Assembly (NCBI GenBank): GCA_002104945.1
Contig: MCFH01000001.1
Location: 682,001 to 746,000 of the forward strand
Length of the DNA: 64,000 nt
Direction of reading: 5' to 3'
From: Piromyces finnis finn
Taxonomy: Eukaryota > Fungi > Neocallimastigomycota
Shown: piece by piece, positions 39,964 through 55,133 of the stretch
Layout: each line of letters begins with the position of its first letter
Numbering within the stretch: the first letter of the stretch is position 1
Notes under the pieces: generated by a model
Databases searched by the model: none
What the model was told of the DNA's origin: nothing
The model's input: only the letters and a program-made list of their open reading frames with translations
Position numbers and translations under genes: made by a program

Positions 39964-42580
39964 ATATTTTTATTTAAAAAAAAGTTAATGTGCATAATAT
40001 TTTCAATACAACAACTATAAAAAACATAATTAATCTAGGTCGTTAAATTAATTTTTATTTTAAAGTTTTTAATTATTAAATATATTATCTATCTATCTAT
40101 ATATTTTTTTAATTAAAATAATATTTAAATAATATTTATACTTTTAAAATTCTATATAAAGTTTTTTTTTTTTTTTTTTTAAAAAAAGAAAGAAAAAAAA
40201 ACTGTAAAAGAAAAAAGTAAAAAAAAAAAAAAAAATAAAGAAGGGAAAGAATATACTTTTTTTGTTTTATTTCTTTTATTTCTTTTAAAATAAAATTAAT
40301 AAAATAAAAAAAAAAAAAAAAAAAAAACAATATATTTTTTTTTATTTTTATAGGAAAAAAAGGGAAAAAAATATGTTGTAAAATAATAAAAAGTTTTATT
40401 AAATAAGAAAAAGTCTATTTTTTTTTTAAAAAAATTATATAATCTTTTTCTATATATATTTTACTGTTAATTCAAATAACTATTTATTTCTTATTTTTTT
40501 TTTTTTTGTTATACATTAATTGTAGTATTTTATTTATTTTTTTTTTTTAAAAAAAAAAAAACATCCTTATTTAAAAAATAATATTTTTTTTAAATTATAG
40601 TTTGAATAAGAATATATATTATTTGAATAAAAATAAAACCTTTCAGAGAAAAAAAAAAAGAAAATATTTAATTATCTATTGTATAATATCAATTCAACTT
40701 CTCATAATACCCCAATATGTATTTTTAATAAAAATTAACTAGGAAAGCAAACAACCATACAAAAAAAAAAAGTGAAAATATAATAAAGCAAATAAATAAT
40801 ATATATATATATAATAATGTAAAAAGAACAAAAAAAAAATAAGAAATACCATTTTATTAAAATATAACAAATATATATTATGATATTTAGTTTATAAAAA
40901 AAAAAAAAACTTTACAACTAAATATTTTTCATCAATAATATATATATATGTATATATATGTATAAATTTGTAATATTTTTATAAAAACCATAGTTTTCAA
41001 TAAAGTTATATGTATTATATTTATATATTTTTATCTATATAATCATATATAGAATAATAACAAGACAAAAGAAAAACTAACAATAAGGATATTTAGTCGT
41101 TGTTGCCTATAAATATTTAATTCAATTGAAAATATAAAGAATTAAAATAATAAATTTATATATATATATTTTTTTAAAAAAGTTGATAATTCAATTTATG
41201 TATTATTAATATATATATATTTTAAATAAAAAAATTGGATAAGGTATATATATATATATATATTTAAAAAAAGTAGATATTGGATTCTTTTTAACAAAAA
41301 AGAGTTTTTAACAACAACAACAGTAATAATAAAAAAGAAAAAAAAAAGAATAATAAAGATTTTTTAACAGGAAAGAACGTACAGCTATTAAAAATAAGAA
41401 ACAACAATATTAAAAATAAAAGTAAGCTATTTTTTCTATCATTAGTATATTTATACATAGTATTTTTTTATAAAATTATTTTTTTTTAACAATATACTTT
41501 CTTAAAATAAAATTATCAAAGCTTTTCTATTTTTCATTTCTTTTAAAGGTAAAGTATTAATAATCATTTCAATTTTATTTTTATTTTTATATATATATGA
41601 AGTTGTTTTTTTTTTAAAAGATACTTTTAAATTGATGAATTAAAGAAAATGAAAAAAGAATGAAAACCCCCCAATTTCAAATAAAAATTCGTTGTTATTA
41701 GTTGTAATTGTTGTGATTTCTTTTCTTTTTTTTTTTTTTTCAAAAGGTTAAAGCAATAAAAAAATGTCAATTTGGAGAATTTAAAATTTTGAAATTAAAC
41801 TTTTTTTAAAGTTTTGAAAAATTCAATTTCACCAATAATATTGCAGTATAATATATGATCAAAATTAATTAATGTATTCGTAATTCAATGAAACAACAAA
41901 TTATTTATATATTATATTATATTATTATACACCTACACAAACTAAAAATTTTTTATATGATAAGAAATAAAAATTTACTATATATTATAATATAATGTAA
42001 TATATTATTTGATTTAATTCATTATCATATCAAAAAAGTTTTTTTTTTTTTTTTTAACCTTTGTTTAAATAAAGATGAAGCAGTAGAATGAGCAAATTAA
42101 TCTTTATATGTTTTTAATGTTACAATAAAATAGTATAAATATTATAGAATAACAAGCAATGATCATCAAAACATAATATTGTATTTATAAATATTACAAA
42201 AAGTATTAATTATTTAAGTAAACAAACAAACAAAAAAAAAAAACAACCACAAAATATTATTTACAAAGTTGAAAATAACTTGATTTATATTTTAATAAAA
42301 GAAAGAAATCAACAATTTTATTTTTTCTTGTATAATATATTTATAATAGTTTTAAATTAAATATTTATTTTTTGTTTTTATTAATACATTTTATTATCAA
42401 TACCTCTATTTATTTTATTATCATAAATGTTAATATTCAATTATCATTTCAAATAATCCAATTTTTGATTAATCATTTTTAATATATCCATTATACTTAT
42501 CATATATCGTATATAAACAATATAAAAAACAATTATTTATTTTATTTATATTCTATCACAAATTCTATTGTATAATTAAA

Positions 42581-44131
42581 ATGACAAAAAAAAAATACAT
42601 TTATCTTATGGATTTAGGAAAAAATAAAGCCAATATGCTTAGAGATCCTTCATCCTATGTTAACAGAGCCCCTCCAAGAAAAACGTATAAGCATAAAGGA
42701 TCAACTTTTAGTAGAAATAATACGGAATTCAACGAAGAAGCAAGTAAATTTCCAATTACTGTTCCAATAAATAATGTTTTAGATAAATTATATCATAATG
42801 AACATTTAGGAGAAAGTATTCATAAAATTATTAAAGTGGTACAGTCACAATATTTACCACAAATAAAGAAATTGGAACAATTATTGTTAAATAATCCAAC
42901 CTATATTTATATTACTAAAATTTTGGGAATTTCAAAAGAAAATGCTTTAAGAGTAACTGGTGCTATCGCAACATTTTCTATCATTTATATCGCTAATAGC
43001 ATCTTGAGAAGACATAAGAGTATGGTATTAGATACCTTTATTTACGCCACACCAATTATGTCAATATACGAAATTTTAAAAAAAGAACCAGAATTAATGA
43101 GTGAAAAGAAGAAAAAAGTAAGAAATTTAATGGACAATAAAGAAATTGTACGTAGTGAATTTACTAAAATCCATGAATTAAAGACTTGGATGATCTATCT
43201 TATGATTTGCTCATTATTTAATATTACAGATAATTTCTTTATTAATCGTAGCAAACCAGTGGTTGAATCTTCTATTACACAAACTGTAATTACAACAACT
43301 CCATACCTTCTTCGTGATACAAACAAACAAGTATTTACTACTATTGCTCAGGTTACCCCTTTTTCTGAAAGATTCTATAATTCATTTAGTCAAAAGGTTA
43401 AAAATACTTTTAAATATTCATGGTATTGGGTATTAAAATTAGGTGTTTCTTATTGGTTAGGTTATAAGGATGGACGTGAAATTATTTATAACAAATTCGT
43501 AATTCCATTAATAAGAAAGTATTATGAATATGAACTTAAAGTTAATAATACCATTTCTGAAGATGATATTTCTTTTGAAGATGGTGAATCTTTTTCAAAA
43601 AGCTATAACTATTTTCCATCAAATCTCCCAAAACCTTCATCTAACACAAGAGATCATGGATTACAACCACCAGAAAATGTTGGCGTAAACAATAATGATT
43701 CTATCGAGTTTTATAAATTAAGAGAAAATAGCAGTAATAGCATAAATGATGGATACTATTCAGATAGTTATTACGAATCTTCTGAACCAATTAATCTAAA
43801 GTTGAATAATAGTGGTATTTTTAATTCAATGAAATTAAATAATACAAATAATAATCAAAGAGTTGTTCAAAATACTGATTCTTTAAGTGTTGAAGATCCA
43901 TGGAAAAGCAATTCTTTCATTGGAAATAATGCATCAATAAGACGTAATCGTAGTTTTTCACTCAATAGTATCAATCATTATAATAATAGTTTAAATAATT
44001 ACAGAGCTACTATTCGTGATAATAATAATAGACTGTCAGAATATTATAATGATACAGGCGTGGATAAAGATAATAATAATACCTTTTATGCCAATAGCAT
44101 TTTAAGATCCAGAAATCAAGAATCTTCCTAA
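42581..44131 (+). CDS. Intronless 516-aa protein with a divergent TB2/DP1/HVA22 (REEP/Yop1-like) domain
   Basis: TFIYATPIMSIYEIL, KTWMIYLMICSLFNITD and WYWVLKLGVSYWL...GREIIYNKFVIPLIRKY resemble the HVA22/REEP pattern. The C-terminal tail is long and Asn/Ser-rich. Confidence 0.55.
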   Translation: MTKKKYIYLMDLGKNKANMLRDPSSYVNRAPPRKTYKHKGSTFSRNNTEFNEEASKFPITVPINNVLDKLYHNEHLGESIHKIIKVVQSQYLPQIKKLEQLLLNNPTYIYITKILGISKENALRVTGAIATFSIIYIANSILRRHKSMVLDTFIYATPIMSIYEILKKEPELMSEKKKKVRNLMDNKEIVRSEFTKIHELKTWMIYLMICSLFNITDNFFINRSKPVVESSITQTVITTTPYLLRDTNKQVFTTIAQVTPFSERFYNSFSQKVKNTFKYSWYWVLKLGVSYWLGYKDGREIIYNKFVIPLIRKYYEYELKVNNTISEDDISFEDGESFSKSYNYFPSNLPKPSSNTRDHGLQPPENVGVNNNDSIEFYKLRENSSNSINDGYYSDSYYESSEPINLKLNNSGIFNSMKLNNTNNNQRVVQNTDSLSVEDPWKSNSFIGNNASIRRNRSFSLNSINHYNNSLNNYRATIRDNNNRLSEYYNDTGVDKDNNNTFYANSILRSRNQESS

Positions 44132-44504
44132 AAATAGCCATTTTTTTATTTTTTTTTATTTTATTTAAAAAAAAATATAGTAACGTAAACTTTCTCCTAT
44201 TTCTGTTTTTTCGAACAATGATGATTTCATGAATTGAATACATATAAAATAATCAATAGTGCGATTTATTGTTAATATTAAATATTTAACAACAGTATAA
44301 AGAAAAAAGATATATATAATCTCAATTTTTATTTTTTTTTTTTTAATTATTATTTATAAACGACTATCCTCAATTAAACATTTTCCATATTAAGTTTTAA
44401 TTATTTCCTCAATATTTTACAAATTTTATGCTCAATTTCCATTTATATATATATATATATTTATTCATTATTTAATAACACATGAATTATTATCCTCTAT
44501 TACC

Positions 44505-44539
<35 letters not shown>

Positions 44540-44930
44540 TATTATTATTATCATTATAATTTTTGAATATATTTTATTTATATATATATTTTTTTTTATT
44601 TTTTTTTTTCTTTTTGTATTAAAAATATTTTTTATCTCTTTAATATTATAATTAATAATTAATGAAGTTAAAAAAAAAAAAAATAATGATAAAGTAAAAA
44701 AGAAAAATATAAAAAAGAAATAAAAATAAAATAAAATAAAATAAAAATAAAATAAATAATAATAATAATAATAATAATAATAAACTATTATAATAAATAA
44801 AATTTTAGTAAAACTGAAATAAAGTGTTTATTTAATAATAATTTTTTATTTTTTATTTATTTATTTATTTATTTTTTTTTTTTTACAAACTACATAATTC
44901 TATCTATTCTTTTATATATGATGACGCTAT

Positions 44931-46358
44931 TTATAAAAATGATGAAGATGTAACTGTGGATAGATTTGAAGAAAAGGCAAAATTCTTATTACCATATTCA
45001 TCTTCAGTTTGAGGAGTGGAATATTCTGAATCATAAGAGGAAAACAAATTAGAAGTTTCCTATAAAAAGTTAATAGAAAAATAAGTAGTAGAAAAAAAAA
45101 AATAGTGAAATTATTAATATTTTGTTAATTATTAAAATTCCCTCTTTTTTTAATATAAATTTATTATAAATTTTTTATATATATGTATTTTTAAATAAAT
45201 ACTTACAGAATCATTGGAATTATAACTAGTTAATTTAGTTATATTTAAAGGATCATTATTTTCTAAATTTTTTAAATTCTTATGTGGTTTTTTATTTTGT
45301 TTGGTTTGTTTTTCACCTTCATTATTCTTCTCAACTTTATTCGTTCCTTCCAAATAATCATCAGAAGAATCATTATAACTTAATGAGGTTGATATATTTT
45401 CAAATGAAAAATCGGATTCAAGTGATGATTTTTCATTAGTAAAAATGGACATATCTGATATATTTGAAAGTTCTGAAATATCATAGAGATTATTGGTAAA
45501 GGTGTTTCCCTCCATTTTTCTTTCTTTAAATTTTTTCTTTGGAGTATTGGTAGAATAAATTTCATCTGATAAACTCTGCTGTTGATTTGAATCAATGAGG
45601 AAGTTTGTTGATATATCGTAGGAAGTGGTTAAGGTATCATTAGAGTCACTTTGAATGGAAGGGGTATATAAATCAATACTTTTATTTTTTAATAAGGATG
45701 AATGATCATCATCATTACAATAGTTATATTTAATTTTATTTAAATTATCATGAATTGTATTGAGTAGCTCATAAACCGCCGGTTTATTATTATTTATATG
45801 ATTGACTAGTTCAATTTCTGATTTTGATTCTGATTTAGATTCCCACTCGGAATTTAATTCGGGATTTGTGAGGTCATGTCTTATTTTTTGAATTTCTTCT
45901 TTAGCCTTTTCAATAGTTAGGTTTTTATCAATTAATTGTGGTTTAAAGGGATAATTATTTTTGTTTTTAGAATTATTATTTTTAACCTTGAGTATTGTGC
46001 TACTATTATTATCATTGCTATTAATGTTATTGTTAATAGTGTCTGTGGTATATTTAGAAGACACTATTTGTCGGGTATCTTCTGTGGGTATAGAGGTTGC
46101 CTTTATTTCAGAAAATTCAGAAATAGAAGTATCATCATCATTATTACTTCCATAGATCGTTGAAGAATTAGATGATTTTTTTGTAGTATTATTAATCTTA
46201 TTTAGGTTGGTTTGAATTTTATTACGATAAGCAATGATATTATTGATATGACTAGAAATATATTTATAACTGAGAATGTAATTATTAAAGAACATAGGAC
46301 TAATATTTTTGATAAACTTCCATTTTATTATAGATTTTCTAATAATAATCATATATCA

Positions 46359-46452
<94 letters not shown>

Positions 46453-49400
46453 ATTTATATTATTAGTATTATTTTTTAATTTTTTTTTTAAAAAAGAAAA
46501 AGATTTTTGTTTATATATATTTTTAATTTCACTTACTTTGTTCTATTAATAAATATAATGGCATTAACTACACGTTTTAAACTTGAATATGCTCGTTTTT
46601 CCACATGTTTTATATGCTTTTTATTTTTCGCATTTTCATTACAACTTTTTATATAACTTATTTGTTTTTTTAATATTTCTTTTTCTTTATTTGCAATCTT
46701 TATTTTATAAAAGAAGATAGAAATAATAGAAATAAGATAGTTTTTATTGTATAAAGGATCCTATTAAATATATGTAAGTATATATGTATTATAATAAAAT
46801 TTTAGTTTAATGCTAAATATTAAAAATATATATATATTATTTTTTCTATCTTTACCGTATTTTTTTGATTTTTTAATTGAATTACTTTTATTTTTAATTT
46901 TGATATTTCTGCTTTAAGTAAACTGATTAAATCTTCATTATTTTGATTAATACTTTTAATTTTTAAATTATTATTTTGTTTTTGTTTAATTAATAATAAA
47001 TCTAATTCTTTTTTAATAGTTTGTTTTTCATTTGTTAATTTTTGAATATTGGTTTTGAAATGTTCAATTTCTTTTTGATCTTTAGATTTTTCTCTATTTA
47101 AACTTTGAATCTTTTTATTTTGATTAACAATTTCTTTATTTATTTTATTTAGCTGACTTGTCAATTCCATATAGATTTTACCTTTTTCTTTATGTTAAGA
47201 ATTTTTTTAAATTATTTATTTACGCATTAATATATTTTGATAGTAAAAAATAAAAAAAAAAAAAAAAAAAAAAAATTAGAAATTTGTATTGGTCTAATTA
47301 AAAAAAATATAAATGTTAGTGTTTTTTTTTTACCATCTGTTATTTTTTCAAGTTGACAATTTAGGTCTTTTATTATTTTTTCAGATTCTTCTAATCGATC
47401 GGTGAGCGTTTTAATTTGATCTTCATTTGTTTCATATTCACTATTTTTTTTTTCAATATCATTTAATTTCTGATGTATAAAAAAAAAAAAAAAGAAAGAA
47501 AATATATGTATATGAATAAATTTTTTTTTATATTAATCTATTTCATTTTATTCATTTCATTATTTAGATATATATATATATATATATATTATAGAAATTA
47601 AAAAATTTACCATCATTCTTTTGTTATATTCTTCAAGTCTTCGATCATAGAATTTTTTTGTTTTGTTATAATTTTCATTTAATTGTTCAATCTTATTTAA
47701 AAGATCCTTTATTTTATTTGATATATGAGAATATATAATAAAATTTTTAATATTTTATTTTCAAAGTGTGATTATATATATAAAAAAATTATATATATAT
47801 ATATTTAAATATACATTTTTAATAGATTTGTGTTTTTCTATTTCAATTTCAAATTCTCTTTTATCATCTTTAATTTGATCAACTTCTCTTTTAAATATAT
47901 TTTTTTCATCATTCAAACGATTATACCTAATTTCATATATTTGTTTTAATTTTTCAAGTTCACTATTAGATCTTGATCTTTCTTTTGTGAGTAATTCTTT
48001 TGCCTGATTAAGTTCATTCGTTAACCTTTCTGTTTCATCTTCTAACATTTTTACTAATTCATTATTAGAATTATCCTAAAAATTAATATTTAAATTAAAT
48101 CATAAAGGTTAATAATAAATAAATATAATAACAAGTAATACTGTTTAGATATTTTATTATAATTATCAATATATATATATACTTTTAATTTTAATAATAA
48201 TTTTTGTAAATCATTCACTTCATTTTGTAATCTATTATTATTATTTTCTAGGGTTTCTTTTATTTTTGTTAAATTTTTGATTGTTCCATTCATATTGTTA
48301 ATTTCATTCTTAACATTTCTTTTGGTATTTTCTAATTCATATTCAGTTTCTTTTAATTTACCCTCTAATTCTTGATTCTTGGATAATAAATTACTATTTT
48401 CATTTATGATGCTTGAAACCTTTTATTTAGTATCATAAAGAAAATCATTAATAATTTTTATTGGAAAGAAAATAAAAAAAGAAAAATTAAAAGAACTTTT
48501 TTATTAAATTTAAAATTACTGAAGTCTCTCTCTCTCTCTCTATATATATATAAATAGATAGATAAATAGAGAGATTTATATTTTACCTTCTTTTTATCAA
48601 AATAATCGTTCGATAGAGCATCATTATTAAGATTATTTAGATTTTTGGAAAGGTTATCAATTTTATAAATTAAATTATTTTTTTTATATTGAAGTATTTC
48701 ATCCTCACGATTCTTTTTATTTTTTAATTCGATAATCAATTTTTCTATTTTTTTTGTTAATTTAATATTTTGATCATTAAGAACTTTATTTTTATTTTTT
48801 AGGTCATTTTCTACGTTTGTATTTTCTTTTAATAAATTCTTGTATTTATCAATCACATCTTTCATACTCTTTTTTTCATCTAAGGATTTGGATTTTAAAT
48901 TGTCGAACGATTTTTTCAAATTTTCATATTTGTTAAAAAGTTCACTTTTATTGTTAAATAGCCATTAATTTAAATAAAAAAAAAATTTTTTTTGTTATTA
49001 AAATTATATATTTAAAAATAATTTTTTTTAAACTATATAAAAATAATTTATTATATAAATATATTATACGAAAAAAGCTTTATACTTGTATTTATTCATT
49101 TCAAATTTCCATAATCTCAAAAGTCCTTTTGTTTTTTCTTCAAGTTTTCCTTTTATTTCATTGCTAAGATTTAACGATTTAATTACATCATCTAAACGTG
49201 CCAAAAGTTTAAGATTTTCATTTGACTCTTTATTTATAGTGTCATCAAAATTAAATGATGAAACGTCTAGTGAATCTATGTTTTCTGACGTGGTCGTATT
49301 AGAAATCAGTTCGGAATCTCCATCGTTATGGTTGATTAATCTTAAATCTTTCATATGCTTATTTAGGTAATCCTTAATCTTATTTTGAATTTGTAATAAT

Positions 49401-52400
49401 TTATTTAACTCGGTCATTAACTTATCACTATCTTTTTTTGTAAGAGATAATATATTTTTATTTTTATTCATTTTCTTTTGACAGGCATTTTTAATTATTT
49501 TAGATTTTTTACTTTCACCTTCTAACAGTTTATTTAGGGTATTTAATAATTTATAAAACTTTTTATCTAAATAGCATTGTTTATTTAAGTAACTATCATT
49601 TTCCCTATTCGATTGCTGATCTGAAATAGAAACATCATTAGAAATTATGGGACTTTCTTTAAAATTAATATTTTCATTATTTGTTTGAGAATACGAGTCA
49701 ATTTTTAATATACTTTCTTCTGACGTTTGTATTTTGGCATCAACAAATATTGGTTTTTTAATAAAAGAGGAATTGATTTCATTCGAATCGCATTTAATAA
49801 ATGGTCCATTTGAAAATGTAGTGGATTTATCAACATGTTCTGGAGTGGAAGAAATAAATGAATCAAATTGGAAATTGTAAATTTTTGTTAACTCATATAT
49901 ACTATTAACATTTTCTATATATTGTTTCAAAAAATTTGATATATCTTCAATGGTATATGAATTTGTGTTGATATCCTTTATAAATATTTTCATTTTTTCA
50001 ATTAAATCTTCAATTTGATCCTCCCGTTCTTTATTATCGTTTTGAATTTCAAGTATAATATTTTTAATTTTATAAAAATCTTCTTTATCTAATAAAAATT
50101 CTTTATTTTTTAAGTTATTTTCTAGATCAGTACTTGAATCCGATTCTGGTTTTTTTAGTATTGAACTCGTACTTTGTTCAATAGTTTGCTTTGATGGATC
50201 GGACATAATTTCAGGATGACGATTACCATTTTCATATATAACAAATGACTCATCTGTATTGTTTTTTTCTATATCTGAAAATTCCATAATTAAATTTGTT
50301 TTCGCATCTAGAGCCTCCTTTAGTTTTGTTATTTGCATCCTTAATTCTTCTAATTCTTTGGTGTTATTATTATTATTGTCAGATTGAATCAAATTACTAT
50401 TTTCAGTATATAGTCTGCCATTTTCTACAATATTATTTGAATAATCACTATTAGTATTATTGGTATCCTCTGAATTTGCAAACATTTCCTTTTGATGAAG
50501 TAGTACATTTAGTTTTTTGTTTAATGATTGAATTTCTAAATCTTTATCATTAATGATTTTTTGAAATTCTGAAATACTACTTGTATTCATATTGGTACTC
50601 AATATATCTTTTGAACTTTTGGTATTATTATTACTATTACTATTACTACCACTATCATCATTACTACTTTCATATTTTATATCTTCTGAATGTTTCATTT
50701 TATCAAAAAAGCCATAATGTAATACTATATTATTTGTGAATTTTTTGTTTTCAACAAAGGCATTTTCTAAATATTCAATATATTTTGCAGCACATTTATT
50801 TGTTTGACTGAAAGATAACGATTTATTTGTACTGTCTGATTCTAGTGTATTAGAATAATAGGTTATCTTATTATTTAAAAATTCAATAGTATTTTCATAT
50901 TGTTTATTTTTTTCTATTTCTTCTTGAATACTTTTGTCTTTACTTAAAATTATTTGATCTTTAGAGTCAAGCTCTTGTTTCATTGTATTACATTCATTTA
51001 CTAATAAATTAATTTTATCGGTCATATCACGGAACTGTAATGCATAATTTTCATCTAATTCTTTGATACTTTCGGTTATTACTTCAATTTTTCCTGTTGG
51101 ATTTGCTTCATCAATAAGATTTGCTTTAATTTCTAGTTGTTTTTTAAAATCTTTCAATAAATTCATATATTCTAAGGATTGTGAAATACCATTATTAATA
51201 TTTTCTTCTGATTTTAATTTTGAATTCTCAAATTCTATTTGTTTTAAATGAAAATTTTCTTCTACTTCTTTTAACTTTTCAAATTGAGGAATTATTTTGG
51301 AAAGTTCATCGGCTAATAAATCTCTTTCACTTTTAACCATTTCAATTGTTAGCTTTAAATCATTAAATTTTTCCTTTTCAATGGTTAAATTATTAATTAA
51401 TTCATTCTTTTCATCAATTAAAAAGATATTTTCTTTTTCTTCTTTATCTAACTTTTCTTTAAAATATGCTATTTCCATTTGATAATTTTTAAGTTCAATT
51501 TGTGTAGCTGCTATATCATTGATATATTTCCTTTTTTCATTTCCTAATTCTTCATCCAAATTTGTACATATATTTTGAAAATTTTTGATGGCATTATTTG
51601 CTACCTCTAATTGATTTTGAAATTGTGAAATTTCTAATTTAAATTTATATTCAAGATGTTCCTTTTCCCTTATTAATTGGAAAAGGTTGTTTTTATAAGG
51701 ATCATTTATATTCAGTTCATTATCAGCATTACTGAAATAGCTACTTTTACTATAACTCTCATTTATATTTCTTTCATCACTTTCATCCGATATAGAATCT
51801 GTAGTGTCTTTCTCAACATCTTCTTTATTAATTGGCATTTTATCTATTTTATTTTTTATTGGAATACCTGAAGATTTATCATTTTCAATAGAGTTTGAAT
51901 CAATTTTTTTTATTTCACTGTTTTGTTTATCTTTTTCTACTACTTTTTTTTCTATAGTATCATTATTCATATCGTTATTGTTGTTGTTGTTATTGTTTTT
52001 GTTACTATTTTCATCAGTATCAATACTATTAGTATTTTCATTTTCTTCTGTTATTTCATTTTGTTTTTCTAAAATTTTATTTGAATCATTAATTAGTTTA
52101 TTATCTTCAGCTATTTCTTTTTGTTTTTCTAAAATTTTATTTGATTCATTAATTAGCTTATTATCTTCAGCTATTTCTTTTTGTTTTTCAAAAATTTTAT
52201 TTGAATCATTATTTATCTCTTTTTTTTTATTTTCAATTGATTCGGTATTCTCATTACTTTTTATAATATTAATTTCGTTTTTATAATGTAGCTCATCTAA
52301 AGTATTCTTATTATTATTATTATTATTTGATAAAGATTTTTCTTGGTTCATTCTTTCATTATAAATTGATTCAGAATTAGCATTTATAGTTACAGAACTT

Positions 52401-55101
52401 AAACTGTTATAAAAGAATTTTTTGTTACTGTTATTAGATTCTTTTAATGATAAAGGAACTACAGTAGAATCAAAATGACTTGAATTGATATCAATTTCTT
52501 TAGTGCCTTCACTGATATTTATCGAATCAGAAAGTATGCTATCAATATTTAATGATAGGAATCTATTATTATCTTGTATTAATTTTTCGGTTTTCTTTTT
52601 TAATCGTTCAATTTCTGAGTCAATATGCGAAATATTATCTTTCATAGTTTCTCTTTCCTCCTCACTGTTATCCGATAACATTTTGTAATTTTTTCTTTCT
52701 TTGACCTTATCTTCAAAATTATTTATTGTCTTCAAATTACCTGAATCTTCAATGTCAAAATAGGTTAGACTATCAATAATTTTTATTGGTTTTTTTTCAC
52801 ATTTATTGACAACTAGTAAATTAATAAAAATAAAAGTATAATGTTAACCTTTTGCTCTAACATATGGTATTAATACGATTATGAAATTAACATACCTATT
52901 TCTTCCTTTTCTATTTCCATACTATTTTCTTGGTTAATATTAGTATATTTATTATCTATTAAATTTTGTTCCATATTAATTTTAATATTCTCGTTTTCAA
53001 TTACTTCTAATTCAGTATTATTATTATATATATCTATTATATCTAACTTAATTTTTTCAATTTTATTTGATATTACAGAAACTTCGTTATCATTTAATGA
53101 TTTATTTAAATTTTTCTCTTCTTGTTCAAGATCGCTTTTATCTATATTTTTTTCTATTTGAACGTTCATTTTAATGTCTTTTAAAATTTTTTTATCTTTT
53201 TCATTATTTTCTTCATTGCATTTCTTAATATTGTTTAAAGCATCGTTTTCTATAGTTGAAGACATTTTCGAAGATAAATTATCTATATCTAATGAATTTC
53301 CCTTTTTTATCAAATGTTTACTTGTAATTTTATTAATTTGAATTTTGTTTAATGCAATACGTTCATCAATCATTTTTGATACTTCTAAAAATTTATTTTG
53401 AATCTTATTAATTTCATTATTATCTTTAATTTTAAAAAAAAAAATTAATAATTTTTATAAGTATATTATTATAAATATTATCTATATAATTTATTGATTT
53501 AAATATATAATTTATTATTACCAGTTTGGTAATTAGTCGTTGTTTTTAGATTATCATTATTATATATATTTATGGAATATATGTCACTTGGTTTTGCCAT
53601 TTCAATCTTAATATTATCATTATGATTTAAATTAGGTTTCTCTTCTTCATCTGAGGATTCAAAAAATGAATCAGAATCATCTTCAAATCTTTCTTTTTTA
53701 TCACTATTTTCTGAATTATAATTATATTCTTTTTCATATTCTTTAATTTCAATTTCTTTTATAATTTTATTTTCATTAATATTTTTATTATTATTATTAT
53801 TACTATTGTTATTATTATTGTTATTATTATTATTAATATAATTTAAAATATTTGTCTTAATATTTTTATTTTTATCAATAGAATCTTGTTGATCATATTC
53901 TGATAACGCTTCATCAATTACTTTATTATCTTCGATGTCATTCTTTGTACACTTTAGTAAATGTTCTTCTATTTCATTTATAATAGTTAAGTTACCTTTG
54001 AATTGAGTTTTTTGGGGTAATTCATTAATTTTTTCAGACGATATTGATTCATTGTCATGAAAAGATTCATCGGTTAATTGATAAATGATTTCAGTTTCAA
54101 TCTCACCTTTATTAAGATTAATATAACTCTCATTATCAGTAATGACAACACTTTTTTGACTTTGAGTATCTGAATTTTCCTTTAAATTAATTTGGTTATT
54201 TTCAATATTACTAATTATATTAATTTCATTATTCAGATTATCCTCCTCATTAATAGGATTTCTATATATATTAAAATCAGAAACTTTTAAATTCATTCTA
54301 GCTGGTGTTGGTGTTGGTGTTGGTGTTGATGAATTATCCGAAATATCACTTTCGCTATCTTCCATAATAGTATTAGTTGGTGTTATTAAAGATAAATTGC
54401 TTTCACTATCATCTTCATCATCAACTGATATATTATCCTTATTATTGGTTTTTATATTATTTTTATTTATCATTTTTGGATTAATAATGGAATTAATAAT
54501 GCTCACTTTATTTTTATTATTTATTTGACTATTTTTGTTTTCTGTAAAGGTATTTGATTCATCACTAATATCAAAATCATATTCATCAACACTAAATGAA
54601 ATATCATTATTGTTAGATAATGAATTTTCATTACTATCACTTAAATTATCATTTTTACCATAGTTATTATTATTATTACTGTCAGCAAAGTCTGAATTAG
54701 ATGAATGATCCGCAAAATCTGATTCCGATTCTACCTTTCTTTTGTTATATTCATAATTGGTCATTTTATTTGTATTATTAATTAATTCTGTTTCTTCATT
54801 TAACCTTAATTCTTTCTCAATATCCATTGATTTAAAATATAAAGTATTATTTTTATAATTATTTTCTTCTACTTCTGTTTTATAATTTTGATTTTGTTTT
54901 GATTCAAAAGCTTTAAGTATATTATTAATACCTAAACTAATACTTCTTTTAATAAAATTTTGTTTTTGTTCTTCTTCTTCTTCTTCTAGTATTGCCGTGT
55001 TTCTTTTTGGTAACTCTATATTAATATTTTCATTTGAAGATGATTTTGTTGAAGTTTCATCATCAGAAGTAATACTTGAAGTTGAATCATATTCATTACT
55101 A

Positions 55102-55133
<32 letters not shown>

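Noticed and set aside
39630-39995. Poly-Ile ORF
   Set aside because: It is a translation of the (ATT)n microsatellite.
46856-46866. Suspected frameshift at the T7 tract before the PACT-like exon
   Set aside because: On recount, the 224-nt exon 46537-46760 enters in phase 0 and exits in phase 2, matching both neighbours.
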